50,631 nucleotides of DNA from assembly GCA_904501875.1 (NCBI GenBank), contig CAJGCQ010000001.1, positions 1-50,631 on the forward strand. The letters are read 5' to 3'. This DNA comes from Clostridiaceae bacterium (GTDB lineage: Bacteria; Bacillota; Clostridia; Oscillospirales; Acutalibacteraceae). Shown here one piece after another: positions 29,595 through 39,366 of this stretch. The stretch's first letter is position 1. Each line of letters begins with the position of its first letter. The notes under the pieces are model-generated. The model made no database searches. It had not been told where the DNA came from and saw only the letters and a program-made list of their open reading frames with translations. Made by a program: the position numbers and the translations under genes.

Positions 29595-29792
29595 TTATTT
29601 TGCAGGACTTACCTCGATAAGATGGGAAATCTTATTGATCTTGCCCTTGGTCTGCTCGTTATCAGGCTGAATTCTCTCATCGCCGATTTTGTAAAGACCG
29701 AGAGCGTTAGCGGTAGCAATCTGATCCTTCTTGGCACCTATTGTGCTCTTTACCAGCTTTATTTTAAGGCTAGCAGCCTTTTTTGTTGCCAT
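29595..29792 (-). CDS. rpmD: 50S ribosomal protein L30
   Basis: 65 aa ([25 protein letters not shown]). Confidence 0.93.
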   Translation of the reverse strand: MATKKAASLKIKLVKSTIGAKKDQIATANALGLYKIGDERIQPDNEQTKGKINKISHLIEVSPAK

Positions 29793-29806
29793 AACGCTGC
29801 TCCTCC

Positions 29807-30310
29807 TTAACCTATAATTTCCTTGACGGACTTGCCTCTTACAGCCGCAACCTCTTCAGCGCTGCGAAGCGATGCAAGACCCGCTACAGTGGCTCTTACC
29901 ACATTGCAAGGATTGTTTGAGCGTAAAGCCTTGGTACGAATGTCGGAAATGCCGACAGTCTCTACTACCGCACGAACTGCGCCGCCGGCAATAACGCCGG
30001 TACCGGGAGCAGCAGGCTTTAAGAGAACACGGCCTGCGCCGAATTCACCGATTACCTCGTGCGGGATTGTGGTACCCTTTAAGGATACCTTTATAAGATT
30101 CTTTTTAGCGTCTTCAATTCCCTTGCGGATAGCATCGGGAACTTCGCCTGCTTTACCGAGTCCGTAGCCTACAATGCCGTTGCCGTCGCCAACAACCACC
30201 AAGGCGGCAAACTTCATAATGCGTCCGCCCTTGACAGTCTTGGAAACACGGTTTATAGCAACTACTCGCTCTTTTAAATCTAATGTTGATGCGTCAATAT
30301 TTGTAGCCAA
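29807..30310 (-). CDS. rpsE: 30S ribosomal protein S5
   Basis: 167 aa ([27 protein letters not shown]). Confidence 0.97.
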   Translation of the reverse strand: MATNIDASTLDLKERVVAINRVSKTVKGGRIMKFAALVVVGDGNGIVGYGLGKAGEVPDAIRKGIEDAKKNLIKVSLKGTTIPHEVIGEFGAGRVLLKPAAPGTGVIAGGAVRAVVETVGISDIRTKALRSNNPCNVVRATVAGLASLRSAEEVAAVRGKSVKEIIG

Positions 30311-30325
30311 AAGTATTCCTCCTTA

Positions 30326-30685
30326 TTAGAACTTAAGGCCGCCCTCACGGGCACCTTCGGCAAGCTCCTTGACACGGCCGTGATAAACGTATCCGCCGCG
30401 GTCAAAAACAACCTCGGTGATGCCCTTAGAAACGGCGCGTTCAGCAATTAACTTTCCAACCTTGCGTGCACCCTCTGCGTTGCCGCCGGAAATTCCAAAG
30501 TCCTTCTCGTTTGAGGACGCAGCTGCGAGTGTAACACCGTTTACATCATCGATAAGCTGGGCGTAAATGTTGCTGTTGGAGCGGAATACATCAAGGCGGG
30601 GACAAGCCGCTGTGCCGCTTATCTTAGAACGAACGCGGGCATGGCGCTTAAGTCTTGCCTTATTGGTATCAGGCTTGTTAACCAT
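30326..30685 (-). CDS. rplR: 50S ribosomal protein L18
   Basis: 119 aa ([18 protein letters not shown]..., [26 protein letters not shown]). Confidence 0.97.
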   Translation of the reverse strand: MVNKPDTNKARLKRHARVRSKISGTAACPRLDVFRSNSNIYAQLIDDVNGVTLAAASSNEKDFGISGGNAEGARKVGKLIAERAVSKGITEVVFDRGGYVYHGRVKELAEGAREGGLKF

Positions 30686-30703
30686 TGTTTGTACACTCCT
30701 TTA

Positions 30704-31252
30704 TTATTTCTTAGCACCCTTGGCGGCCTTACCTTCCTTGCGGCGGATATGCTCGTCAGCGTACTTAATACCCTTGCCCTTGTACGGCTCGGGGGGACGC
30801 TTCTCACGAACTTCTGCTGCAAACTGACCGACCTGCTGCTTATCTGTACCGCTGATAACTATCTGGTTAGGAGACGGTACATCGATTGTGATTCCGTCTA
30901 TCTCCGGCATAATAACCTGATGAGAATAGCCGAGATTCATAACAAGATTCTTTCCCTGCTTCTGTGCACGGTAACCTACGCCGTTAACCTCAAGCGTTTT
31001 TGAATAGCCATTGGTTACACCCTCAACCATATTTGCTACGAGGGTACGGGTAAGACCGTGAAGCGCACGGTGATTTTTGTTGTCCGACGGGCGGGTAACA
31101 ACTATCTCGCTGCCCTCCACTGCGACGGTGATTTCGGGATTAAAGGTGTTCTCAAGTGTGCCTTTGGGGCCCTTAACAGTAACCTTGCTTCCGTCAATCT
31201 TAACATCTACACCGGCAGGAATTGCGATAGGCTTCTTTCCTATTCTTGACAT
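30704..31252 (-). CDS. rplF: 50S ribosomal protein L6
   Basis: 182 aa starting [17 protein letters not shown]. Confidence 0.97.
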   Translation of the reverse strand: MSRIGKKPIAIPAGVDVKIDGSKVTVKGPKGTLENTFNPEITVAVEGSEIVVTRPSDNKNHRALHGLTRTLVANMVEGVTNGYSKTLEVNGVGYRAQKQGKNLVMNLGYSHQVIMPEIDGITIDVPSPNQIVISGTDKQQVGQFAAEVREKRPPEPYKGKGIKYADEHIRRKEGKAAKGAKK

Positions 31253-31266
31253 TCCTTGGCACCTCC

Positions 31267-31665
31267 TTACCAGACATAAGCGAGGACTTCGCCGCCAACA
31301 TTGGCCTTGCGTGCCTGCTTATCTGTCATTATGCCCTTAGAGGTGGAAAGGATTGCTATGCCGAGGCCCTTCATAACCTTAGGCATATCCTCTACATTTG
31401 TATAAATACGCAGTCCCGGCTTGGACACACGCCTAATGCCGCTTATAGCCTGCGATTTATTCTGGCCGTACTTCAAAGTGATATGAATTACGCCCTGCTT
31501 TCCGTCTTCCTCGACCTGAAAGCTTGTTATATATCCCTCGTCATGTAAAATCTGGGCGATAGCCTTTTTTACATTTGACGCAGGAACATCTACCGAATCA
31601 TGCTTTGCAGCAGAAGCATTACGGATTCTCGTAAGCATATCTGCTATAGTATCGCTGATTTGCAT
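31267..31665 (-). CDS. rpsH: 30S ribosomal protein S8
   Basis: 132 aa ([13 protein letters not shown]...). Confidence 0.97.
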   Translation of the reverse strand: MQISDTIADMLTRIRNASAAKHDSVDVPASNVKKAIAQILHDEGYITSFQVEEDGKQGVIHITLKYGQNKSQAISGIRRVSKPGLRIYTNVEDMPKVMKGLGIAILSTSKGIMTDKQARKANVGGEVLAYVW

Positions 31666-31692
31666 GTCGTCAACCTCCTTTTGCGTTCTGCC

Positions 31693-31878
31693 TTACCAGC
31701 TTGCCTTCTTCACTCCGGGAATCTCACCCTTATAGGCAAGCTCTCTGAAGCATATACGGCAAATGCCGTACTTGCGAAGATAAGCGTGCGGGCGACCGCA
31801 GATTTTACATCTGTTGTACTCTCTTGTAGAAAACTTAGCAGGTCTTGCCTGCTTAACTTTCATAGCAGTCTTAGCCAT
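31693..31878 (-). CDS. rpsN: 30S ribosomal protein S14, type Z (zinc-binding, 61 aa)
   Basis: [23 protein letters not shown] CxxC...CxxC motif; 61 aa. Confidence 0.96.
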   Translation of the reverse strand: MAKTAMKVKQARPAKFSTREYNRCKICGRPHAYLRKYGICRICFRELAYKGEIPGVKKASW

Positions 31879-31889
31879 AATTCTTCTCC

Positions 31890-32429
31890 TTATCTCGCAA
31901 ACGGAGCGCCCATAAGTGTGAGTAACTCGCGGGCCTCTTCATCTGTTTTTGCAGTGGTGACAAAGATAATGTCCATTCCGCGGACCTTATCGATTTTGTC
32001 ATACTCAATCTCAGGGAATATTAACTGCTCCTTAACGCCCATAGCATAGTTGCCACGGCCGTCAAAAGCGTTGGGATTGATTCCTCTGAAGTCTCTAACC
32101 CTCGGAAGAGCGGCGTTGAAAAGTCTGTCAACGAATTCATACATACGCTCGCCTCTGAGAGTTACTTTTGCACCTATCGGCATACCCTCACGGAGCTTGA
32201 AGTTCGCAACCGACTTCTTAGCACGGCAGGGGATTGCTTTCTGACCGGTGATGAGGCCCAAGTCACGGACGATAGCGTCTATAACCTTGGTGTTTTCCTT
32301 GGCCTCGCCGGCGCCTACATTGATAACGACCTTTTCGAGCTTCGGAATCTGCATAACGCTCTTGTAGCCGAATTTAGTCATCAATGCGGGTGCTATTGAA
32401 GCTTTATATTCATTAGCTAATGTTGACAT
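31890..32429 (-). CDS. rplE: 50S ribosomal protein L5
   Basis: 179 aa with conserved L5 sequence ([21 protein letters not shown]). Confidence 0.97.
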   Translation of the reverse strand: MSTLANEYKASIAPALMTKFGYKSVMQIPKLEKVVINVGAGEAKENTKVIDAIVRDLGLITGQKAIPCRAKKSVANFKLREGMPIGAKVTLRGERMYEFVDRLFNAALPRVRDFRGINPNAFDGRGNYAMGVKEQLIFPEIEYDKIDKVRGMDIIFVTTAKTDEEARELLTLMGAPFAR

Positions 32430-32447
32430 TGTCAGTTCCTCCTACTC

Positions 32448-32771
32448 TTAAAAAGTCTCGCCGCATTTTTTGCACATGCGGTCCTTTTTGCCGTCCTCAT
32501 AGATTTTGGTTCCTACTCTTGTGGGCTTATTGCACTTCGGGCAAACAACCTGAACCTTGCAGGCGTAAATTGCACCCTCGGTCTCAATAATGCCGGACGG
32601 ATCGCCCGCCTTACGGGGCTTTACATGCTTTTTAACCTTGTTGATTCCCTCAACGATTACCTTACCCTCTTTGGGGCTGACCTCGAGTACCTTACCGGTC
32701 TTCTTGCGGTCCTTTTTGTCTCCTGTGAGAAGCATTACGGTATCGCCTGTTTTAATGTGAAGCTTACTCAT
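32448..32771 (-). CDS. rplX: 50S ribosomal protein L24 (with C-terminal CxxC...CxxC)
   Basis: 107 aa. KOW motif (IKTGDTVMLLTGDKKDRKKTGKV), then CPKC...CKKC. Confidence 0.96.
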   Translation of the reverse strand: MSKLHIKTGDTVMLLTGDKKDRKKTGKVLEVSPKEGKVIVEGINKVKKHVKPRKAGDPSGIIETEGAIYACKVQVVCPKCNKPTRVGTKIYEDGKKDRMCKKCGETF

Positions 32772-32789
32772 ATTCTTTTCTACCTCCCA

Positions 32790-33158
32790 TTAAAGTACTT
32801 CGGGAGCCAAGGACAGGATCTTGGTGTAATCCTTGTCACGCAGCTCTCTGGCTACAGGCCCGAAAATACGGGTTCCTCTCGGATTCTTGTCATCACGGAT
32901 GATAACAGCCGCATTTTCGTCGAATCTGATGTATGTGCCGTCATTGCGGCGAAGACCTTTTGCGGAACGAACCACAACTGCCTTTACAACATCGCCCTTC
33001 TTAACTGTACCGCCGGGAGCGGCCTTTTTAACAGAAGCAACGATGACATCGCCGATGTTGGCATACCTCCTTCTGGAGCCTCCAAGAACACGGATGCACA
33101 TAATTTCCTTTGCACCGGTGTTGTCGGCAACCTTGAGGTAACTCTGTTGTTGTATCAC
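32790..33158 (-). CDS. rplN: 50S ribosomal protein L14
   Basis: 122 aa starting [27 protein letters not shown]. Confidence 0.97.
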   Translation of the reverse strand: MIQQQSYLKVADNTGAKEIMCIRVLGGSRRRYANIGDVIVASVKKAAPGGTVKKGDVVKAVVVRSAKGLRRNDGTYIRFDENAAVIIRDDKNPRGTRIFGPVARELRDKDYTKILSLAPEVL

Positions 33159-33180
33159 AGTGTTTTCCTCCTTGTAAGGC

Positions 33181-33438
33181 TTACTTAGCCTTTTCGATTA
33201 TTTCAACCACACGCCATCTTTTATCCTTGGAGAGTGGTCTGGTCTCCATAATAAGAACTCTGTCGCCAACGCCACAGGAATTATTCTCATCATGAGCTTT
33301 GAGTCTTATTGTGTTTTTGATAATCTTCTTATAAAGCGGGTGCTTTACGTTGTCCTGAATGGCAACTACAACGGTTTTATCCATCTTGTCGCTGGCAACG
33401 ATGCCCACTCTTGTTTTACGAAGGTTTCTTTCGCTCAT
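33181..33438 (-). CDS. rpsQ: 30S ribosomal protein S17
   Basis: 85 aa ([16 protein letters not shown]...HDENN.C.VGD). Confidence 0.96.
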   Translation of the reverse strand: MSERNLRKTRVGIVASDKMDKTVVVAIQDNVKHPLYKKIIKNTIRLKAHDENNSCGVGDRVLIMETRPLSKDKRWRVVEIIEKAK

Positions 33439-33457
33439 TTAGCTTTTCCTCCCTCTT

Positions 33458-33667
33458 TTAAGCGTCTGCGCTGTCGTTTTTAAGCTCGTTCTCGCGAATA
33501 ACGGTCTTAATGCGAGCGATATCTTTCTTGACAGCAACTATACGCATGGGGTTTTCGAGCTGATTAATGGCGAGTTGGAAACGCAGATTAAATAATTCTT
33601 CTTTAAGCTTTGTCAACTGCTCATTAAGCTCGGGCAAAGTGCTTTGTCTGATTTCCTTTGCATTCAT
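33458..33667 (-). CDS. rpmC: 50S ribosomal protein L29
   Basis: 69 aa ([13 protein letters not shown]). Start overlaps the rplP stop by 1 nt. Confidence 0.95.
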   Translation of the reverse strand: MNAKEIRQSTLPELNEQLTKLKEELFNLRFQLAINQLENPMRIVAVKKDIARIKTVIRENELKNDSADA

Positions 33668-34092
33668 TACTGCTCACCACCCATTTCCTGCTTAGTTACA
33701 AACTTGCACTTAATAGGAAGTTTGTTTGCGGCGAGACGCATAGCCTCACGGGCAAGCTCCTCGCTGACTCCGCCGATTTCGAACATTACACGGCCGGGCT
33801 TAACGACCGCTACCCAGTACTCAGGAGAGCCTTTACCTGAACCCATTCGGGTCTCAGCCGGCTTCTCAGTAATCGGCTTATCCGGGAAAATTTTAATCCA
33901 TACCTGACCGCCGCGCTTAATATAACGTGTCATAGCGATACGGGCAGCTTCGATCTGATTGGAGGTTATCCACGCGGGCTCTAAAGCCTGAAGACCGTAA
34001 TCGCCGTGGGTTACAGTATTGCCTCTTAAGGCTGTACCGGTAAGACGGCCGCGATGTACTCTGCGGTATTTAACACGCTTCGGCATTAACAT
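33667..34092 (-). CDS. rplP: 50S ribosomal protein L16
   Basis: 141 aa starting [16 protein letters not shown]. Confidence 0.97.
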   Translation of the reverse strand: MLMPKRVKYRRVHRGRLTGTALRGNTVTHGDYGLQALEPAWITSNQIEAARIAMTRYIKRGGQVWIKIFPDKPITEKPAETRMGSGKGSPEYWVAVVKPGRVMFEIGGVSEELAREAMRLAANKLPIKCKFVTKQEMGGEQ

Positions 34093-34757
34093 TAGCGGGC
34101 TCCTCCTTCCTTTTTAGCCTTGCGGTTATCAGCAAGAACCTCGCCCTTGTAAATCCAAACCTTTACGCCGATACGACCGTAGGTGGTATTTGCCTCAGCA
34201 AAACCGTAGTCAATGTCTGCTCTTAAGGTCTGAAGCGGGATAGTGCCCTCGTGATACTGCTCGCTTCTTGCGATTTCAGCACCGCCTAAGCGACCTGAAA
34301 CCTGTGTTTTAATACCCTTTACGCCGAGTCTCATAGCTCTTCCAATGGAAAGCTTCATGGCACGGCGGAAGGAAATACGCTTTTCAAGCTGTGCCGCAAT
34401 ATTCTCGGCAACAAGCTGTGCATTAGCGTCGGGATTCTTAATCTCAACGATGTTGATAACAACCGGCTTGCCAAGCATCTGCTGGCAGGTGGCACGCAGC
34501 TTTTCAATTTCGCTGCCGTTGCGTCCGATTACCATACCCGGCTTTGCGCAGTGGATGTGTAATCTTACACGCTTGTCATCGCGTTCGATTTCGATTTTGG
34601 CAATACCTGCTGTGAAGAGTGCCTTCTTCAGGTATTTACGGAGGTTGTAGTCCTCAACCAATGTATCGCCAAAGTTTTTATCTTCGACAAACCAACGCGA
34701 GTTCCAGTTTTTAATTACGCCCACACGGAAACCGTGGGGATTAACCTTCTGGCCCAT
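34092..34757 (-). CDS. rpsC: 30S ribosomal protein S3
   Basis: 221 aa starting [13 protein letters not shown], with a KH domain. Confidence 0.97.
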   Translation of the reverse strand: MGQKVNPHGFRVGVIKNWNSRWFVEDKNFGDTLVEDYNLRKYLKKALFTAGIAKIEIERDDKRVRLHIHCAKPGMVIGRNGSEIEKLRATCQQMLGKPVVINIVEIKNPDANAQLVAENIAAQLEKRISFRRAMKLSIGRAMRLGVKGIKTQVSGRLGGAEIARSEQYHEGTIPLQTLRADIDYGFAEANTTYGRIGVKVWIYKGEVLADNRKAKKEGGAR

Positions 34758-34773
34758 AACTTAACCTCCTTAA

Positions 34774-35112
34774 TTAATCTTCGCGTTCTTTAAGAACGAT
34801 TGTCATATGGCTTGTTCTCTTTAAGATTCTGTGAGCTCTGCCGTGATCTTTCGGACGGATTCTCTTAAGAGTCGGTCCGGGGCAAACAAAGCACTCGGCA
34901 ACATAAAGCTTTGAAACATCCATATTGTGATTGTTTTCTGCATTCGCCATAGCTGACGCTAAAAGCTTCTCTAAATACTCGCAAGCGGACTTAGGAGTAA
35001 ACTTGAGTATAGCCATAGCCTTGTCAGCATCCTGATTACGGATTAAATCCATAACAATCTTCACCTTACGGGGTGAAATACGGGCGTATTTAAGTGTAGC
35101 CCTTGCTTCCAT
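34774..35112 (-). CDS. rplV: 50S ribosomal protein L22
   Basis: 112 aa (ARISPRKVKIVMDLIR). Confidence 0.97.
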   Translation of the reverse strand: MEARATLKYARISPRKVKIVMDLIRNQDADKAMAILKFTPKSACEYLEKLLASAMANAENNHNMDVSKLYVAECFVCPGPTLKRIRPKDHGRAHRILKRTSHMTIVLKERED

Positions 35113-35135
35113 AGTTAAACTCTCCTTTCAGCCGC

Positions 35136-35411
35136 TTACTTACCGGTAGTTTTTGAACCGGCATGACCCTTAAAGGTTCTTGTCGGTGCGAACTCACCGA
35201 GCTTGTGACCAACCATATCCTCGGTTACATAAACCGGAACATGCTTGCGACCGTCATGAACCGCAAAAGTATGTCCGACGAAATCGGGGAAAATGGTCGA
35301 GGAACGGCTCCAGGTCTTAAGCACTCGCTTTTCACCGGCTTCGTTCATTTCTTTGACTCTCTTGAGCAGTACAGGCTGCACATAAGGGCCTTTTTTAATG
35401 CTTCTTCCCAT
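35136..35411 (-). CDS. rpsS: 30S ribosomal protein S19
   Basis: 91 aa starting [11 protein letters not shown], with [23 protein letters not shown]. Confidence 0.97.
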   Translation of the reverse strand: MGRSIKKGPYVQPVLLKRVKEMNEAGEKRVLKTWSRSSTIFPDFVGHTFAVHDGRKHVPVYVTEDMVGHKLGEFAPTRTFKGHAGSKTTGK

Positions 35412-35433
35412 GATGAAATCTCCTTTCGTCGAA

Positions 35434-36261
35434 TTACTTACGGCGCTTTACGATATATTTATCGGTGTGCTTGTTCTTCTGACGGGTCTTGTATCCGAGA
35501 GCAGGCTTGCCCCACGGAGTAACAGGGCCCGGACGGCCGATAGGTGACTTACCTTCACCACCGCCGTGGGGGTGATCGCAGGGGTTCATTACAGAACCGC
35601 GTACGGTAGGTCTCCAGCCCATATGACGCTTGCGGCCTGCTTTACCGTAGTTAACATTTGCATGCTCAGGGTTTGAAACCACACCTACGGTAGCCATACA
35701 GCCTGCGGGTACATTGCGGAGCTCGCCTGAAGGCAGACGAAGAAGCGCCATACCGTTTTCCTTAGCCATAAGCTGTGCCATATTTCCGGCGGAACGGGCA
35801 AGCTGTGCCCCCTTTCCGGGATAAAGCTCAATATTGTGCAGGAAGGTACCTACGGGAATATTTACGAGCGGAAGTGCGTTGCCGGGCTTAATGTCGGCAT
35901 CGGGACCGCTGACTATTACATCGCCGACCTTTAAATCCTGCGGAGCGATGATGTAACGCTTCTCGCCGTCCTCATACTGAACGAGGGCGATAAAAGCTGA
36001 ACGGTTCGGGTCATACTCAAGAGTCATAACAGTTGCGGGGATTCCAAAACGCTCTCTCTTGAAATCGATAACCCTGTACTTTCTGCGGTTTCCGCCGCCT
36101 CTGTGGCGAACGGTAATTCTGCCGTAGCTGTTGCGTCCGGCATTTTTCTTGATAGGCTCAAGCAAGCTTCTCTCAGGAGCAACCTTAGAAAGACCTGAAT
36201 AATCCATTGTGGTCATATTACGGCGGCCCGGAGTAGTAGGCTTGTAATGTTTGATTGCCAT
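35434..36261 (-). CDS. rplB: 50S ribosomal protein L2
   Basis: Track ORF trimmed to [14 protein letters not shown] (GGAGAG 8 nt upstream). Contains HPHGGGEG. Confidence 0.96.
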   Translation of the reverse strand: MAIKHYKPTTPGRRNMTTMDYSGLSKVAPERSLLEPIKKNAGRNSYGRITVRHRGGGNRRKYRVIDFKRERFGIPATVMTLEYDPNRSAFIALVQYEDGEKRYIIAPQDLKVGDVIVSGPDADIKPGNALPLVNIPVGTFLHNIELYPGKGAQLARSAGNMAQLMAKENGMALLRLPSGELRNVPAGCMATVGVVSNPEHANVNYGKAGRKRHMGWRPTVRGSVMNPCDHPHGGGEGKSPIGRPGPVTPWGKPALGYKTRQKNKHTDKYIVKRRK

Positions 36262-36352
36262 TTGTTTCACTCTCCTATTTTGGCTTAGCGAAGTTTTTAG
36301 ATTTAAACTTCATACATCACCGGAAATCCTTGATTTCCTTAAAGACGCTTAA

Positions 36353-36646
36353 TTAGATAAGACCGTCAAAGAACTCAATCGGCTTTGAATCGGACTTTAA
36401 GGTAACGATTGCCTTTTTCCAAGAAGCTGTATAACCGCTATAGCGGCCCATACGCTTTTCCTTGCCTCTGACACTAATGGTGTTTACCTTAGCAACTTGG
36501 ACCTTGAAAAGCTTTTCTACGGCGTCGGCAATTTCAATCTTGTTGGCGTCCTTTGCCACCTTAAAGGTGTACTTCTTATCGGCGATTCCCGACATACTTT
36601 TTTCGGTTATTACCGGAGCTATAATGATATCCTGTGCGGCTTTCAT
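36353..36646 (-). CDS. rplW: 50S ribosomal protein L23
   Basis: 97 aa ([11 protein letters not shown]...YTFKV). Confidence 0.96.
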   Translation of the reverse strand: MKAAQDIIIAPVITEKSMSGIADKKYTFKVAKDANKIEIADAVEKLFKVQVAKVNTISVRGKEKRMGRYSGYTASWKKAIVTLKSDSKPIEFFDGLI

Positions 36647-37269
36647 TATGCATACACCTCCTCAAGCTTTGCTACGGCATTCTTTACAACAACGAGTGTA
36701 TCGGCGTTGATGATGTCGTAGGTGTTAATTGTGTTAACCTGCGCAGATTTAGCACCTGCGATGTTAGCAATGCTTTTAACAGCGTAAGCGTTATTGTCCT
36801 CAAGAACTACAAGGGTCTTCTTGCCCGCACCGATAGCCTTTAAGCAATCTGCAACGGTCTTGGTCTTGTAGGTGTCGAGCTTTAACTCGTCGAGAACTAT
36901 CATATCGCCTGTAGCTACCTTATCCGACAAAGCGGACTTAAGAGCCAGCTTCTTAACCTTTTTGTTAAGAGAGTAGGAATAATCTCTCGGCTTCGGGGCA
37001 TGAACGATACCGCCGTGTCTCCACTGGGGAGCTCTTGTGGAACCCTGTCTTGCGTGACCTGTTCCCTTCTGTCTCCACGGCTTTTTACCGCCGCCTGAAA
37101 CCTCTGTACGGGTGAGAGTGGATTGTGTGCCCTGACGCTGGTTTGCAAGGTAGTTTACAACTGCCATATGCATTACAACTGCGTTGGGTACGATTCCGAA
37201 AACGGCGTCGCTAAGCGCAATTTCACCGACGCTTTTACCCGCCATATCGACTACTGCTATATTAGGCAT
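36646..37269 (-). CDS. rplD: 50S ribosomal protein L4
   Basis: 207 aa ([19 protein letters not shown]). Confidence 0.97.
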   Translation of the reverse strand: MPNIAVVDMAGKSVGEIALSDAVFGIVPNAVVMHMAVVNYLANQRQGTQSTLTRTEVSGGGKKPWRQKGTGHARQGSTRAPQWRHGGIVHAPKPRDYSYSLNKKVKKLALKSALSDKVATGDMIVLDELKLDTYKTKTVADCLKAIGAGKKTLVVLEDNNAYAVKSIANIAGAKSAQVNTINTYDIINADTLVVVKNAVAKLEEVYA

Positions 37270-37289
37270 AATTTAAAACACTCCTTCCC

Positions 37290-37922
37290 TTAAGCTTTAA
37301 CGCTGTCGAAAAGAACCACGATTCCGCCCTTGGGTCCGGGAACGGCGCCCTTAACAGCAATTATGTTCTTCTCTGCGTCTACCTTAACGACACTGAGGTT
37401 CTGAACGGTTACTCGCTCATTACCGAGGTGTCCGGCCATTTTCTTGCCCTTGAAGACTCTTGAGGGGCTGGAGCAGGCGCCCAGTGAACCGCCGTGACGG
37501 TGAACAGGACCTGTACCGTGTGTCTCTTTAAGTCTTCCGAAATTCCAGCGCTTAATAGTGCCGGCGTAACCCTTACCTTTAGAAGTGCCGCGAACATCAA
37601 CAGCGTCGCCCTCAGCGAAGACATCAGCCTTAATAATGTCGCCTACATTCATAGCGGAAGTATCCTCAAAGCGGAACTCACGAAGAACCTTCTTAGGAGC
37701 TACATCGCCTTTCTGGAAGTGACCCTTCTGGGGCTTGGTTACCTTAGAGGCCTTGAGGTCGCCGTAGCCTACCTGAACTGCCTCGTATCCGTCGTTCTCG
37801 GCTGTCTTTTTCTGCGAAATAACGCAGGGACCCGCTTCAATAACGGTTACCGGAACAACTTTTCCGTTTGCATCGAAAAGCTGGGTCATACCGAGCTTTT
37901 TACCGATGATACCCTTTTTCAT
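37290..37922 (-). CDS. rplC: 50S ribosomal protein L3
   Basis: 210 aa starting [25 protein letters not shown]. Confidence 0.97.
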   Translation of the reverse strand: MKKGIIGKKLGMTQLFDANGKVVPVTVIEAGPCVISQKKTAENDGYEAVQVGYGDLKASKVTKPQKGHFQKGDVAPKKVLREFRFEDTSAMNVGDIIKADVFAEGDAVDVRGTSKGKGYAGTIKRWNFGRLKETHGTGPVHRHGGSLGACSSPSRVFKGKKMAGHLGNERVTVQNLSVVKVDAEKNIIAVKGAVPGPKGGIVVLFDSVKA

Positions 37923-38095
37923 TGTTTTTTCCTCCTTTGGTTATTGGTTGGTTAGCACCAACTTGACCGTAAGTGTGAATTTAGATTTTAGATATTAGAA
38001 GGGAGTATCGGAAAAACCGACTCTTATATAATGTACCGACGGCACACCGCAATCTAACATCTACTGTCTAACATCTGAATTGAAATTGAACTCAA

Positions 38096-38407
38096 TTAGA
38101 GTTTGATTTCAATTTCCACACCGGCGGGGAGCTCAAGATTAGTCAAAGCCTCAACAGTCTTGTTGGAAGGTCTGATAATATCAATGAGCCTTTTGTGCGT
38201 TCTCGTCTCAAACTGCTCACGGCTGTCCTTGTACTTATGAACAGCACGGAGAATGGTAACGACTTCCTTCTCGGTCGGGAGCGGTACGGGTCCCGAAACC
38301 CTTGCACCTGTACGTTTAGCGGTTTCCACTATCTTTTCAGCGGACTGGTCTACAAGCGCATGGTCGTAACCTTTGATACGAATACGGATTTTTTCTTTCA
38401 CTGCCAT
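38096..38407 (-). CDS. rpsJ: 30S ribosomal protein S10
   Basis: 103 aa ([21 protein letters not shown]...). AAGGAGG SD. Confidence 0.97.
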   Translation of the reverse strand: MAVKEKIRIRIKGYDHALVDQSAEKIVETAKRTGARVSGPVPLPTEKEVVTILRAVHKYKDSREQFETRTHKRLIDIIRPSNKTVEALTNLELPAGVEIEIKL

Positions 38408-38686
38408 TGTGAAATTCGCCTCCTTAAATAGTTGGCGGGCAAAACTTACAACCTGCCGCGTTTTTCTTCACGGCACATTATAAAACCGGCATTGCTGGGG
38501 TTACAGACAATTCCGGACAGCGGATCGCTCCGCCGCTGTACACAAAAGCCGCAAGATCTTTTATGTACTCCATCTTTTTCGCCCGGTTTAAAATCGGACA
38601 TACTCCGCGGAAATTTCCCGACTCAGGGTCGGCCACCTCCCGCATCATCGCATGTATCACGCCGCACTTACACAGCGTACCTTGGT
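38408..38686 (-). promoter_or_regulatory. Long structured 5' leader of the S10 operon (candidate cis-regulatory RNA)
   Basis: About 270 nt separate the predicted promoter from the rpsJ ATG. Contains hairpins at 38607-38643, 38518-38538, 38486-38516 (followed by UUUU) and 38454-38475. No SD-preceded ORF. Confidence 0.35.
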
Positions 38687-38715
38687 ATAATAACACAACA
38701 GGATAAAAAAATCAA
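38687..38715 (-). promoter_or_regulatory. Putative S10-operon promoter
   Basis: Minus strand: TTGATT, 17 nt, TGtTATTAT (extended -10), with an A/T-rich UP-like region upstream. Confidence 0.45.
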
Positions 38716-38882
38716 GCCTTTTTTCGTATTTTTTTAAATTTTTTGATTATATATTGAACGGGACGGTAGCGGTACACGGTTTTCGACTTCATCAATTCCG
38801 TAAGGAATTGTATATCATCAAGCCGATAGTTTTTAATGCTCACCTAAAGGTGTGATAAGATACCAAGGCTATCGGCTTGGAT

Positions 38883-38915
38883 AAAAAAATCTCGTTCCGA
38901 AGAACGAGATTTTTT
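38883..38915. terminator. Bidirectional terminator downstream of tRNA-Ser
   Basis: A7, then ATCTCGTTC CGAA GAACGAGAT (9-bp perfect stem), then T6. Confidence 0.8.
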
Positions 38916-39006
38916 GGCGGAGATGGAGAGATTCGAACTCTCGAACTCGTTTCCGAGTTACACGATTTCCAATCGTGCGCCCTCGACCGGACTAGGCGAC
39001 ATCTCC
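38915..39006 (-). tRNA. tRNA-Ser (anticodon GGA), class II with long variable arm and encoded CCA
   Basis: Minus strand folds as a cloverleaf: GGAGATG acceptor stem, anticodon stem CACGA/TCGTG with loop TTGGAAA, variable arm CTCG-GAAA-CGAG, T-arm GAGAG-TTCGAAT-CTCTC, then CATCTCC-G-CCA. Confidence 0.93.
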
Positions 39007-39045
39007 AAGCACATCGATTTACTGCCGATTATGACGGCAAAAACC

Positions 39046-39074
39046 ATTATACATTGTATTGCCGAAAAAATCAA
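39046..39074 (-). promoter_or_regulatory. Putative tRNA-Ser promoter
   Basis: Minus strand: TTGATT, 17 nt, TATAAT, about 40 nt upstream of the mature 5' end. Confidence 0.5.
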
Positions 39075-39331
39075 GTGTTTTTTCACTTTATTTTCAAATA
39101 GTCAAACTTATTTTATAATATCCCTTTATATTTAAGGTATATTGTGATTTTATGCAATAAAAGGAGCTGATAATACTGTCTATTGCGTCCGACATTATAA
39201 GGAGCACACCGATACCATTATTTTGTCAAGTCTTAAAGAAAAACAGCTGCGGTTACGAGATAAACAAAAAATCAAGCTTGCCTCCGGCGGCATGTGCAAG
39301 TTTAACGAAGCGAGACTTTACACCGCCTTTA

Positions 39332-39357
39332 AACGGCTCCCAGACAAGGGAGCCGTT
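39332..39357 (-). terminator. Hairpin after the Mrp-family gene (probable terminator)
   Basis: 10-bp perfect stem AACGGCTCCC / GGGAGCCGTT. Short U-tract (UUUA) on the minus strand. Confidence 0.5.
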
Positions 39358-39366
39358 GTTACGTTA

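Noticed and set aside
38432-38737. 101-aa plus-strand ORF and 72-aa minus-strand ORF (38478..38696) in the rpsJ upstream region
   Set aside because: Neither has an SD. The minus-strand GTG start sits directly next to the predicted -10 box and so upstream of the likely transcription start site. The region folds into consecutive hairpins, so it is treated as a non-coding leader.
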